Positions 38,655 to 51,656 of a DNA stretch of 64,000 nt are shown here, one piece after another. Source of the stretch: Mobula hypostoma. Taxonomy: Eukaryota. The stretch covers positions 146,818,001 through 146,882,000 of the forward strand of contig NC_086097.1 in NCBI RefSeq assembly GCF_963921235.1, given 5' to 3'. The notes below the pieces were generated by a model, which saw only the letters and a list, made by a program, of their open reading frames with translations, did no database searches and was not told the origin of the DNA. Both the position numbers and the translations under genes were made by a program. Each line of letters starts with the position of its first letter. Position 1 is the stretch's first letter.

Positions 38655-39520
38655 CACTATAAGACCATAAGATATAGGAGCAGAATTAGGCCATTTGGCC
38701 CATCGAGTCTGCAAACCAACTAATGCTCTATCCATGCTAGTGGCTTACCTATGATACCATGGGCTTTTAATTTGTTATACCATGGGCTTTTAATTTGTTA
38801 AGCAGCCATGTTTATCACCTTGACAAAGGCCTGAAAATCCAAGTATACAACATCCATTGATTTTCCTTTTTCTATCCTGCTTGTTATTTCTTCAAAGAAT
38901 TCTAACAGATTTGCTGGGAATGAGTTCCCATTAAGGGAACCATGCTGACTTCAGCCTATTTTATCATGTGCCTCCAAGTACCCTGAAACTACATCCTTAA
39001 CAGTCAACTCCAACATCTTCCCAACCATTGAGGTCAGACTAAATAGCCTATAACTTCCTTTCTTCTGTCTCTCTCCCTTCTTGAAGAGTGGAGTCACATT
39101 TGCAATTCTCCAGTCCTCTGAATCCATTGGTTTTTGAAAGATCATTACTAATACCTCCACGATCTCTTCAGTTACCTCTTTCAGAACCCTGAGGTGCAGA
39201 CCATTTAGTTCAGGTGATGTATCTACCTTCAGATGTTTCAATTTCCTAAGCACCTTCTCCCTAGTAATGGCAACTTCACTCTCTTCAGTCCCCGACGCTC
39301 TCGAACTTCCAGCATACTGCTGGTGTCTTTGACAGTGAAGACTAATGCAAAATACTTATTCAGTTCTTTGTCCCCTGTTACTTCTGCAGCATGATTTTCC
39401 AGCTGTCCAATATCTACTCTTGCCTCTCTTTTACAATTTCTTTATCTGAAGAAACTTTTGGTATCCTCTTTAATACTATTAACTAGCTTACCTTCATATT
39501 CCATGTTTCCCTTCTTTACC
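38655..39520 (-). mobile_element. CR1 fragment with internal deletion
   Basis: ORF 38951-39253 (EDWRIANVTPLFKKG) and a CR1 tail at ~38660. Confidence 0.88.
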
Positions 39521-40899
39521 TCTAGCTTTCACTTTTAAACTAACCTCTAAATTATGCACAATGTCAACATCTGAGTTGGTGACTACAAGAGATGGTGCTT
39601 CTTTATCTTCACCCTTCTTGTTCTTCCACAATAGTATGGCCAGGCTATAATTTTGGGGTATTTAAATGAAGAAAAATCTAAGGATATGATTATATGGAGG
39701 GGAGAGAGGTGTCTGCTTATACTAGCCATAGTTTCTAAACCTAGATAGGAGTGGGAAAACTATGAGTGGGATAGGAGTGGGAAAACTTGTTACTGGCCAC
39801 TCACCCCCAATGCCTGGTTCAATGAAAGTGAACACTCCTTCCTGATAAAGGACATGCTGATGCAACTGTCTCTCTTGATCAGTCAAAGTCTTCTGCATTC
39901 TTGGTTACCCCTTCCTTCAAGAATGGGGGGCTTTAGTGTTAGGCTGCAATGGACTTGTGTGATGTGGCTTTTGTATTTGAAAAAATGTACAAACTATGAG
40001 GTGTGAGATTATAATAAGTCTGTCAACGTATGTCATAGCAGTTAGATGTTAGGTAAGAATCTCACACAATTTCCTTGTGGGAGGAGTTTTCAAGAGTTTC
40101 CTGCCCTTAAAAGAAAATTGAATAAGTATCTTTCTCTCTATCTCCTGAATCAGGTAGTCAAGTGTAGCACTGGAAGACTCCAGAGCATGCATACACTGTG
40201 CTGTGACTTTCATGACCACCCCTCAGAATGATGACAGCTATTACAAAGAAGACACTTACAATATTCAGCACACTGCAGAACAGCTGCACAGAGAAAAGAA
40301 ATGCTTTCTCTCTCTACAGGAGCTGATTGACCTCAAGTGCATTTCTAGTAATTTCTGTTTTATTTTTATTTTTCAGCATCTATAGCACTTTATATTCAGC
40401 ATTAAAACACATGTCTACACTGGAGGCATAGGCCACAGTGCATTCCTTTAAACATAATCTGGATTTAAGTAGCTTGAACAGCTACATGACAAATAGCAGG
40501 GATAGTTCCTACACCATGTAAAAATATCAAGGGAATGGAGCTGGGATTTGGTGTGTTGTCTGCATTGGAAGCAAAGGGCTAAGGTTAATCATGCAGGGTA
40601 TTGCATGCATCTATTTTTGATGACTGTGCCATTTAACCTACTGATGTAATATTGATGCCTAAATGAAATAATCCCTATTGAGAATTGACTAATTGATGAC
40701 TACTCTGGGCTAAACTATCTTATATTCTGGTTGATTCAAGTGCAGTAAAATAGAGCAAATTGGCAAAAAGAAACACTGGATTTTTTTAGGAAAGAAAAGA
40801 GATGATCAAACTGTGTTTAAAGCCTAATATAAAACATTAATTCATTGGATGAAATTTCCTTTCTGGTCAATTACAAATTCATAAGTATAATTTAAACAT

Positions 40900-41028
40900 C
40901 TCCTGATGAAGGACCCCGGCACGAAACATTGATGATTTATGCATCTCCATAGATGCTGCCTGACCTACTGAGTTCCTCCAGCATTTTGTCTATGTGTCTC
41001 TGGAACTGCATCTGCAGCTTCTCTTATG
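40900..41028 (+). mobile_element. Solo Penelope pseudo-LTR starting at a degenerate hammerhead
   Basis: cctgatgaagg...cgaaacattga...gatgctgcctgacctactgagttcctccagca. 9-bp TSD tttaaacat at 40891-40899 and 41029-41037. Confidence 0.8.
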
Positions 41029-42679
41029 TTTAAACATTTCCACATCTGTTTGGCAGAAAAATTTCAACTCCTTCATTTGATTTTTCAAATATTTTATAAT
41101 TTTATATGATTTACAGTACATAGAAATTTCGCACATATATTATCACCAAAAATATACATCTTTTTCATAAGATTTCCCATCTTCTTTCTTCCCCAATCTT
41201 ATACAGTATAATTAAGGTAAAATCATAATTACATGACAAATAGTTTGTACAAATCATATCTCTTAGAAACACAACTGCACTGAGTAACTTGACTTTATCA
41301 ACATAGGACCACATTTAAAATAAGCAAAGTTCAAAGAAACTTTGAATCCATGGAACTGCTTTCTCTCTTATGTCTTAACTTTTCTTGAAGTAGGATCAAA
41401 ATTCCATGTTCCTGTGTAAATGGGTTTCTAGCAAAGAAGGAACAGGAGATGGTGAGACATTCCAAGGAAATCTCTGGCTTCTTTTTCAGAAAGTATCAGC
41501 TTTTCTCAATGAGACTCACAGTCAGAAACATTTGAGGTTGTGTCATTAACTCCTTTCAAAGGAAGATGGATAAGCATTTGTTAAGGAATGTAACTGGAGG
41601 TGCTCTGGATAGGTACAGATGGCATTGATGAAATGCTCTGTGAGACACAATGAGCATTGTGTTACTTGGCCAGGACAAAAATGCAACATATGTGATTTGC
41701 ATGAAGAAGATTTGAGAGGCAGATTAGGGTAGTGGGATGGGAGAGCTAGAAGTGAACATTGTGAAATTGCTTTTGGTTTTCTTCACTGATAAGGAATTAA
41801 TACATAAATTGATTCAGAAGGTTAACTTACTGAGGTATGATCCCTAAAACATTAATTCCGTGTGGCTGAATGAAGACACTGATCAGAGGTACAAACAACC
41901 TTGATCCACCCGATAACCTAGTTAGTGACAATATAGAAATATTTCGGAGCATATACTGTACCTCTGTGCTTTTATAATTTGATATTAGGGAATTAAACTA
42001 TTTTCTACTTAATGGATGATCAATCATTCACTCTCTGGTCAGATATACCATGGACATATGGAATAAAATGGTGGCCCAGAAATTTGGCTCTATTTTCAAT
42101 GCAATGTGTTTAAAAGTCACGTATTTTGACAGTGAAATGTGAATGGTTGTATTGTGTCACACTGTGAATTTGCTTGTGCATTCCAGGCCACAAATTACCT
42201 TGTGGGTCTGACACTATCTCTATCAGTTACACACAGGGTGACATCAGGTTATTTTGAGGTGTATATGCCATTGAAATGAAGTTTTCAGACTGGTTGGAGA
42301 AAACCTCTTAGAGCAAGCAGGTCCAATCTGGAGAAGACCTCTTAGAGTAGGGTCCAAGCCCAGTGCTGAGAACCCATCAACAGTGAGTTCCTGTGGTTGA
42401 ACATTGAACATCGAACATCTAATCTGCTCCCCTCACCCCAACCCAACTTTGCCTTGCCTCCCTATCAGCACCATGAACCCCCAAACACCCCATCAAAAAT
42501 TCTAAATCACCCAGCTCTACTTACACGATCCCTGCATTGCTCCTAGCTCTCATTCTCCATGCATTTTATATCAGTTCTCAGGTACAGTATGTCCTTATCT
42601 TCTTATAACCCAATCCCCCTGAAGGGCCTCTTTTTAAGATCTCCCTCAGGTCTGGACTACAACCCACGCTAAGTCACTG

Positions 42680-42850
42680 AAAACCAAACATTGACAGATG
42701 CAGGACATTCTGGAATTATTCGGCAAGTCTAGCAGCATCTATGGAAATGGAAAAGACGAAGAATCCTGACCTGAAATATTAACTGTGTTTCTCTTTTCAG
42801 AGATTCTGCCTGACCTGCTGAGTTTTTCCAGCACTGTTTTATCTCACATC
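42680..42850. mobile_element. Decayed foldback Penelope pseudo-LTR pair
   Basis: ctggaattattcggcaagtctagcagcatct is roughly the reverse complement of agattctgcctgacctgctgagtttttccag. Confidence 0.6.
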
Positions 42851-44554
42851 TTGGTTTTGGTCTCTGAATCAACATTTTTGTTTGTTGTTTGTGCACCATA
42901 TAATTACCCTTCAGTGTGTGCTTAAAGAGGTTAATGAATTTCTAGGCCAATGTTCTTAACTTGCTCTGAAAGGAAGCTACATTTCAAAGAAGCAAGAACA
43001 GCTAAATTCAGATAAATTTATCCTTAGGCAGGAGGAACAGGCTAAGTGGATGTGATTACAAAACTTGAAATCCTGTGAGAGTTAAGAGAAAGGTTGTTCT
43101 GATCTCAGCTCAGCCAGGAATCAGCAAGATAGCACTTGCATTTTTCAAAGTCACACTTTGGTGCTTAAATTAGCTTCAAGAAGAATTGCTGATTGCCATG
43201 TGGATTACTCGATTTGTAAAGCGTGGATGCAATGGTGCATATTATTCCCTAAGATGCTGTGATCCCGCTACACTCTGTCATAAACTTAGAAACGTACATG
43301 AAAATATAAATGTAAGAAACTGCTGCCTAAATATCATAGCATGTTTGGTATAAATGTTCTTAACATTGTGTTTAACAAGCTATTTTTAACATTGCTCAAC
43401 TGTATGGGATTTAATTCATTAAAGGAGCATGACACTAAACCTCAAATGTAAAACAAACCCTCTATCACAGTCACCTTGTTTGGGGAATGGCTGTACAGTC
43501 AGTAGCCTTTATAACGAGGTGACCTTGTATCTAGTTAGTTGCCAAAAATAGGTATCCTCGCTGATGTGGTTGTTCTACGCTGCTGGTAATCAAGGTCTGA
43601 CCACTCTGGCTAGGTCTCAACACCAAGTACATAGTCACTGGATTGGCTCCACATAGTAAACTATTTCAGCTTTAGTGTTAAATAAAGGGCTGCAGTTAGG
43701 TTTTCCAAGAGCCCGTGTCTCTGAACAGAAGAAAATATTAATTCAACAACTAATATTACCGCAAGGTGGTTACTTGAATATTTACCAGCCATGGGCTAAT
43801 TCATTTATCAAAATAATAGTAATGAAATAGCATAGAAACAGTCTTCTTTCAGTAAAATTTTTTGAGCAAGATGTTGCTGCTCACAGTATTCATGTACAGT
43901 ATTGTGGGCTTCCTCAGGTTCATGGAAACGAATCACTCCTCCATTTTCAGCTTCTTCTCTTCCTTAACACAACTTCATTGATGACTGTGGATACCATACC
44001 ATCTCATTTGACAGATTTGATGTCTTTTTTTTTCCACTTGGCGTGCACTGTCCAGCAGACAGCATTGCATGGGCTTTGGAAAACAGTCATTCTTTCAGTG
44101 TTTTTTGTTCAATGGATTAATAAAGTTTGGCATTTTTCTTGAAGATTTACTCCGTTTCCTCCTTACACTATGGATTCACAGTTGGCCATTCAAGGTGATG
44201 TTTCAGTGGGGAACCAGATTTCAGCATGTGGGATCAGTGATGCAAGATAAAACCTGGTAGAATAAAACTTTGGACTGGACGTCATTCTTAGCCTGAGATT
44301 GTGACAAACTCTGTTAGAGCCGGACCATGGAATACACTAAGTGGGCAGCGCTATTAATACTGCCTCAGTCATTGTCCTGGGCCACTCTCACTTCCCAGCT
44401 TCGAATACTGGCGGCGAGATATGGATCGTTAGCTTCTCTTATTCACCAGCACATGTTTTAAATGTGTACAACAATCCACAAACAAACAAATCACTTCAGA
44501 GTTGAAGATAAATGATGAAAAATTCACAAAGAAGACTTCTCAGTATTTGTAGAT

Positions 44555-44692
44555 TCAAACACCTGTTTGTTTTATGCTCTGAAAGCTGATTCTTGTAGGT
44601 GACGTTGGTATAGACATAGCCCGTGCAACTCGTACTCTTAGCGTGTGATTGTCCTGCCATCGATGCCACCTCTTTCTAGCAGCCGTGCGCAC
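44555..44692 (-). CDS. CRHR2: CRH receptor terminal coding exon (helix 8, C-tail, stop)
   Basis: ctttgctttcag|GTG...GTT TGA = [45 protein letters not shown]. In phase with the 42-nt exon and matches the CRHR tail RKRWHRWQD...[15 protein letters not shown]. Confidence 0.95.
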   Translation of the reverse strand: MRTAARKRWHRWQDNHTLRVRVARAMSIPTSPTRISFQSIKQTGV

Positions 44693-45644
44693 CTGAAAGC
44701 AAAGAGACAGTTCCATTTCCATGATAGAATATTCAGAAGATATTTTAGTTCCTTAAGCAGTTACTAGGCTCTTAAGAGAATGGTAATATTTTATAGCATT
44801 AAACAATTTGGGTTTGGAGATCACTGCATATTATATAAAGTCTTCCTGATGATCAATCTAGCGAAGTATTGTAGCGGAAAACGTATGTTATAATATTTAT
44901 CCTTTGAATTTTATTCTCTTCTCACTTGCAAGGTTTTTTATACAAATAATTCTGTTTTAACATATCCTCCTTCATGCATGATGATTGAGAAAGTCTGTGA
45001 ACTTCACCACCGTAATTAGAAAGTCTGTTAACTTCACCACTGTAATTAGAAAAAGAAATTCATTCCTTCTTACGAACAGCCTTCAGTCGATTGAGGAAAG
45101 GGGTATTTTCAGAAGAAGAGCATGAATTAGGCCCAAAACTCACATCAGTGACCCTTTGCCTCTCATCTGCTTCTGACAATGAACTACTGATGTTGACTTC
45201 TCAAAGGACTGGGAATCTACCATCAACTATGTCTGTAATGTTTGCCAAATTCACTGGAAGAACAGGTGGGCCAATGTCAGTGTTGTTTCCCAGACTAACA
45301 GCATTCCCAGCATTGAGCTCTCAGTTACACGCAGTTGGCTCTGTCGGGTAAGTCTAACGCAAGACTTCTGGAACAGACACTCTCTCCTGAGCTCTGTCAG
45401 AGGAAAAAATTAGCAAGTAGATAGAGGGAAAGGTCAAGGGTGTGCTCAAAACCTCCTTGACCTAAGAGAGGAGCTGAAGCTGGGTTGCCAACAGCATTTA
45501 AGAAGCATTCAGATTGCTTAGGCACAGAAACCTATGGACCAAGTACAAGGAGAAACACTGAATGGCGGTTGTAAACAAGTTGAGCTAAATGGGCTGTTTA
45601 TATTCTGTATGGTTCTATGACTCTACATTATAACACAGAGATAA

Positions 45645-46805
45645 ACACAGTCTGAGCTTAATTCACTTGAGGTATTACTGAATATTTCGACCAGTTCCAT
45701 TTCTAATTCATACAAACTCTGACTGCATTGATTAAAGGACTGATTTCAGTTTCATAACAGCTCTTCCACCATAAGGATTTGTTTCTTCTGCAAGACTACA
45801 ACCATTTGATTTATTTAGTAGCTTTGACATTCACAGAGATGAGGACGAATACCTTTAGCTGGAGGGTGGTGAATCTGTGGAATTCATTGTTACAGATGGC
45901 TGTGGAAGCCAAGTCATTGGGTGTATTCATGTTGGAGGTTGATAGGCTCTTGATAGTCAAGGTGTGAAAGGTCATGAAGAGAATTCAGGAGAATGGTGTT
46001 GAGAGTGAGATGGATCAGGCATGATCAAATGGCAGATCAGATAGGATGGGCTGAATGATAGGTTCTTGATTAGTCAGGGGGTCATAGGGTATGGGAAGAA
46101 GGCAGAATGGGATTGAGAAGATTAATAAATCAGACATGATGGAATGGCGGAGCAGGCTTGATGGACCAAATGACTCTATTCTGCTTCCATGTCTAATTGT
46201 CCTGTGGCCATGGGAATTACTGGCCCAAAGTGGCAAAGGAGGATGCAGAGTGTTACTGAGAATCTTGGAGTCCATGAATCAGAAGCATATAGGAGCCTGC
46301 ACAAATGGCAAAACAGGTGGTCCGCCTCATAATGAGCCACTTCATCCCCATGGGTGAAAGAGTCATCAAAGCCAACTGGCAAAGGCCAAATCGGCACACA
46401 TTGATGAGAATGCTGCTGTTCCAGATTGGAATGCTGGATAATTCAGAATCATGGTGGGCCTAATATCAGTCGGACCAGGAATGCACATAAAATTAATTGT
46501 CAAAGCCAATAACTTCCCCTTCAAACCTCATTTTCTCTCTATTTTCCTCTATCTCTGAAAATCTAACAGGTAACCTTTCTGATAAAGCATCTGTGAAATG
46601 CTTTGAGGAACATTGGGAATGTTAAAGCTGGTACATAATTCAAATGGTTGTAGTCTTGCCAAAAGAAGCAAATCCTCATGGTGAAAGAGTTATTATGAAA
46701 CTGAAATCAGTCCTTTAATCAATGCAGTCAGAGCTAGTATGAATTAGAAATGGAAATGGTGGAAATTTTCAGTAATAGCTCATGTGAATCAAGCGTGGAC
46801 TGTGT
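45645..46805. repeat. Inverted repeat, ~190-bp arms (45645-45832 and 46617-46805)
   Basis: Arms are reverse complements with a perfect 41-bp core (45717-45757 vs 46693-46733); the spacer contains CR1 3' fragments. Confidence 0.9.
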
Positions 46806-48334
46806 AATTTCATTTCTAGTAAACAAAGACCCATGCATACATCAGTGGTAGTGAAGCATATAATTTCAATATTGTGCCAGCCTGCACAGGCATTGATACC
46901 ACTGCTAAATCTGTGGGACCATTTATTGCCACAGAAAGACATCCAAAACAGATATGAGGAAATGTATGATTTAGGTAAAGGGCCAACTGCCCAGTCATGG
47001 ATTCCATCCAGAAATGAGTGGAGACTCAACAGGGAAAGCCTGCACCTTCTTCTTGAGGGCTTTTCAGCAGCTCTCACTGAATTGTGAGTTCATTATTTAC
47101 TTAAAAAATGTACTCTGGACCAGAAGAGCAGCAGGGATGTGCAGTAAGAACAAAGCTTGTTTTTCAGTGGTGTAAAGCAGTTATAGTCTGTTAATGACCT
47201 TTATACTCATTATTATATCCAGTAGCAAATAGACCAAAAATATATTACATTTCCCATTGGAAACACTGATACCAAGCTGACAACTCATCAATAACTGCAT
47301 ACATAATATCCCTCTAAGCAGTAAGAAGCTCCATATAGATCAGCATATTCTGTAGAAAGCATCGGTGCAGAACACTGACTAATGTGAAATATTGGCTTTG
47401 AATCAAGGTGCAGAAAAAAAGTGTATCCTAAACAATCACAGATGTATTAGAGGTCATTCCTCATTCTTTTGAATTTCAATGAATACAGACTCAGATCCAT
47501 CAGAAGCTCTTCATATGACAAGCCATTCAATCCTGGAATCATTTTCATAAAGCACCTTTGAACTCTCTCCAATTTCAGCACATCCTTTCTGAGATAAAGG
47601 GCCCAAACCTCCTCACAATACTCCAAGTGAGGCCTCACCAGTGCTTTATAAAGTCTCAACATTACATTACATCCTTGCTTTTATATTCTAGTCCTCTTGA
47701 AATGAATGCTAACATTGCATTTGCCTTCCTCACCACAGAATCAACCTGCAAGTTAACCTTTAGGGAATCCTACACAAGGACTCCCAAACCCAAATGTATT
47801 TTCTTTCTTTTTAGTAAATGGTCAGCCCCTTCATTTCTTCCACCAAAGTGTGTGACCATACACTTCCCAACATTATATTCCATCTGCTATTTCTTTGCCC
47901 ATTCACCTAGTTTGTCTGTCCTTCTGTAGCCTCTCGACTTCTTCAGAACTACCTGCCCCTACACCTATCTTCATATCGTCTGCAAACTTCTCAACAGAAC
48001 TACTATCCAACTCATTGACATATAACGTAAGAAGAATCGGTCCCAACACAGACCAACACTTGTCCTTCAGAAAAGGCCCCTTAATTCCCATTCATTGCCT
48101 CCTGCCAATCAGCCACTGCTTTATCTATGCTAAGATCTTTCCAGTAATACCAGGGCTCATAGCTTGTTAAGCAGCTTTATGTGTGGCATCGTGTCAAAGG
48201 CCGACTGAAAATCCAATTACACAACAACTGATTCTCCTTTGTCTATCCAGCTTGTTATTTCTTCAAAGAATTCCAACAGAGTTGTCAGGCAAGATTTTCC
48301 TTTGAGGAAACCATGCTGTCTATGGCTTTCATTT

Positions 48335-48601
48335 AATTAATGGTAATTGCTTCTTCGCTTTACGCCATTTTGGCACGAAAGGTTTCGTAGGAACACTCTA
48401 CCTTAGCGGGGGAAATACAGGACAAGGGCGGTCCCATATGGGACAAACCAATTTAGCCCAATATATGGGATGTTCCGGCAAATACGGGACAGTTGGCAAC
48501 CCTATGTTCAAGTTCAACAGTGCATGACAGGGAATGAGGAAAGGTGCAGCAGACTCATATCGTTTCCCCCGGGCCCAGCAGCACATGCTTTGTGGCCCGG
48601 T
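48335..48601 (-). repeat. Inverted, TIR-less partial copy of the composite hAT element
   Basis: Reverse complement of ~49358-49624, about 95% identical by eye. Confidence 0.9.
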
Positions 48602-49324
48602 TGCAGTTCCTCCAAGTACCCTGAGACCTCATCCTTAATAATTGACTCCACCATCTTCCCAACCACTGAAGTCAGACTAACTGGCCTATAGTTTCCTTTC
48701 TTCTGCCTCTTTCCCTTCTTGAAGAGTGGAGCAACATTTTGCAATTTTCCAGCCTTCCAGAACTATTCCAGAATATAGTGATTCTTGAAAGATCATCACT
48801 AATGCCTCCACAATCTCTTCAGCCACCTCTTTCAGAACTCTGGGTGTAAACCATCTTGTCCAGGTGGTTTATCTACCTTCAGACCTTTCAGTTTCCCAGA
48901 CCTTCTATCTAGTTATGATAACTTTGCACACTTCATACCCCTTGATACCTGGAACTTCCACCATACAGCTAATGTCTTCCACAGTGATGCAAAATACTTA
49001 TTCAGTTCATCTGCTATTTTGTTGTCCCCCATTACTGCTTCTCCAGCATCATTTCCAGCAGTCTGATATCCTCTCTCACCTCTCTTTAACACTTTGAGTC
49101 TCAGAAGAAACTTTTGGTATTCTCTTTAATATTATTGGCTAGCTTACTTTAGTATCCCATCTTTATCTTCTTAATGACTTTTTTAGTTGCCTTCTGTTGG
49201 TTTTTAAAAGCTTCCCAATCCTCTAACCCCACTAATTTTTGCACTATTATATGCCCTCTCTTTGGCTTTTATGTTGGCTTTGACTTCTCTTGTTAGCCAC
49301 GGTTGTGTCAAGTGTCTTTTAGAC

Positions 49325-50120
49325 CAGCGGTCCCCAATCACCGGGCCGCGGACCGGTACCGGGCCGCAAAGCATGTGCTGCTGGGTCACGAGGAAATGAT
49401 ATGAGTCAGCTGCACCTTTCCTCATTCCCTGTCATGCCCTGTTGAACTTGAACATAGGGTTGCCAACTGTCCCGTATTTGCCGGAACATCCCATATATTG
49501 GGCTAAATTGGTTTGTCCCATATGGGACCGCCCTTGTCCTGTATTTCCCCTGCTAAGGTAGAGCATTCCTATGAAACCTTTCGTGCCGAAATGGCGTAAA
49601 GCGAAGAAGCAATTACCATTAATTTATATGGGAAAAATTTTTGAGCGTTCCCAGACCCAAAAAATAACCTACCATAACACACAAAAATAACAGATAAAAC
49701 CTAAAATAATACTAACATATAATAAAAGCAGGAATGATATGACAAATACACAGTCTATATAAAGCAGAAATAATATATGTATAGTCGGGAAGATTAAGCC
49801 AAAATCGATTTGTGGAAAAAATCGGCATGTACGCACATGCGTACATCACGCATGCGCACACAGGTGCCCGCGCAAGGCTTCATGGTCATAGTAGTCTTTC
49901 CTGGGGTAAACACAAGTGTCCCGGGACTTGACTGCTACTTCTATCCCTTATTTGGGAGTGAGAAAGTTGGCATCACTAACTGTAAAAGACATGTTGAGAT
50001 GAGTTTAACCCTACTTGAACACCATCCTCCCCACCCCCTCCCCACCCCCGGTCGGCCGGTCAGCAAGAATATTGTCAATATTAAACCGGTTCACGGTGCA
50101 AAAAAGGTTGGGGACCCCTG
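49325..50120. mobile_element. Non-autonomous hAT (Charlie/Buster-like) element
   Basis: TIRs CAGCGGTCCCCAA / TTGGGGACCCCTG; perfect 8-bp TSD ttttagac at 49317-49324 and 50121-50128. Confidence 0.92.
49455..50013. mobile_element. Second hAT-type MITE nested in the first
   Basis: Ends TAGGGTT...AACCCTA; perfect 8-bp TSD cttgaaca at 49447-49454 and 50014-50021. Confidence 0.78.
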
Positions 50121-51656
50121 TTTTAGACTACTTCTCCCTCTTTGGGATGAATGTATCCTGTGCCTTCCAAATTGCTTCCAGAATTTCCAGCCATTGCTGC
50201 TCTGCCTTCCTCCCTGCCAGTGTTCTTTTCCAAGCAATTCTGGCCAACTCCTCTCTCATGAATGTGTAATTCCCTTTACTCCACTGTAATACTGAAACAT
50301 CTGACTTTAGTCTCTCCTTCTCAAATTTCAGGGTGAATTAAATATCATGATCACTTCCCCTCAGGGTTCTTTTACCTTAAGCTCTCTAATCAATCCCGTT
50401 TCATTACATAAGACCCAATCCAGAATAGCTGATCCTCTAGTGGGCTCAACCACGAGCTGCTCTAAAAAGCCATCTCTTAGGCACTCTATAAGTTCCTACT
50501 CCTGTAATCCAGCACCAATCTAATTTTCCAAATCTACCTGCATATTGAAGTCCCCCATGACTATTGTAACATTGCCCTTTTGGCATGCATTTTCTATCTC
50601 TTATTGTAATTTGTAGGCCACATCCTTACTACTGCTTGGGGGTCTGCATACAACTCCCATCAGGGTCTTTTTACCCTTGCAGTTCCTTAGCTCTATCCAC
50701 AATGATTCAACACCTTCTGACCCTACGTCATCTCTTTCAATTGATATGATTTCATTTTTTACCAACAGATCCATGCCACCCCCTCTGCCTTTCTGCCTAT
50801 CCTTTTGACACAATGTATATCCTTGGACATTAAGCTCACAACTATAAACTTTTAACCATGATTCAGTGATATCTACAGCATCATACCTGCTAATTTGCAA
50901 CTATGCTTCAAGTTCATTTATTTTATTCCGTATACCAAGCATCATTCAGATACAATACCTTCAGTCCTGTCTTCACCCTTTTAGATTTTATTGCAACTCG
51001 TACTGTTGACTGTAATTTTTCCCTATCAACAGCCTCTCCTGACTACACATTGCCTCTGTAAACCAGCTACTTCATCTTCAACACTATTATCCGCCTTTTC
51101 TATGATACTTCTTGTATTGAAATATAGGCAGCTCAGGACATTAGTGGCACCATGCTCAGCCTTTTTATTTCTAACTTTGTCTGAGGTCTTACCAACATCT
51201 GCCTCCACCAACTCTCCACTAACTGTTCTGGCAATCTGATTCCCAGCCCCCTGCACCTCCAGTTTAAACCCCACTGTGCAGCATTTAACAAACCTTCCAG
51301 TTAGGATATTAGTCTCCCTCCAGTTCAGGTGCAAATCATTCCTTCTCTACAAGTTCCGCCTTCCCTCAAAGAGAGCCCAATGATCCAGAAAGCTTATGCC
51401 CTCCCTCCTACACCTACTCCTTATCCACGTATTAAACTGTATAATCTTCCTATCTATCCTCACTGACACGTGGCATGGGTAGCAATCCTGAGATCAAAAC
51501 CTTGGGTGTAACTGCCTCTCTATAAGTCCTATCTATCATCCCTTCAGCCTCCTGAATGATCCAGAGTTCATCCTGTTACAGCTCCAACTCCTTAATGTGG
51601 TTTGTTAGAAGTGCAGCTGGATGTACTTCGCACAGTTGTAGATGTTAAGGACACTG

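Noticed and set aside
1..44000. Exons of a neighbouring host gene such as GARS1
   Set aside because: No recognisable coding exon seen in the unique intervals; small exons could be missed without alignment.
44988..45052. Short tandem duplications (30 bp x2 here; others near 38754, 39744, 42295)
   Set aside because: Ordinary slippage duplications with no further structure.
45091..45351. 86-aa plus-strand ORF followed by a gtaagt donor-like site
   Set aside because: No recognisable homology, non-ATG start, antisense within the CRHR intron.
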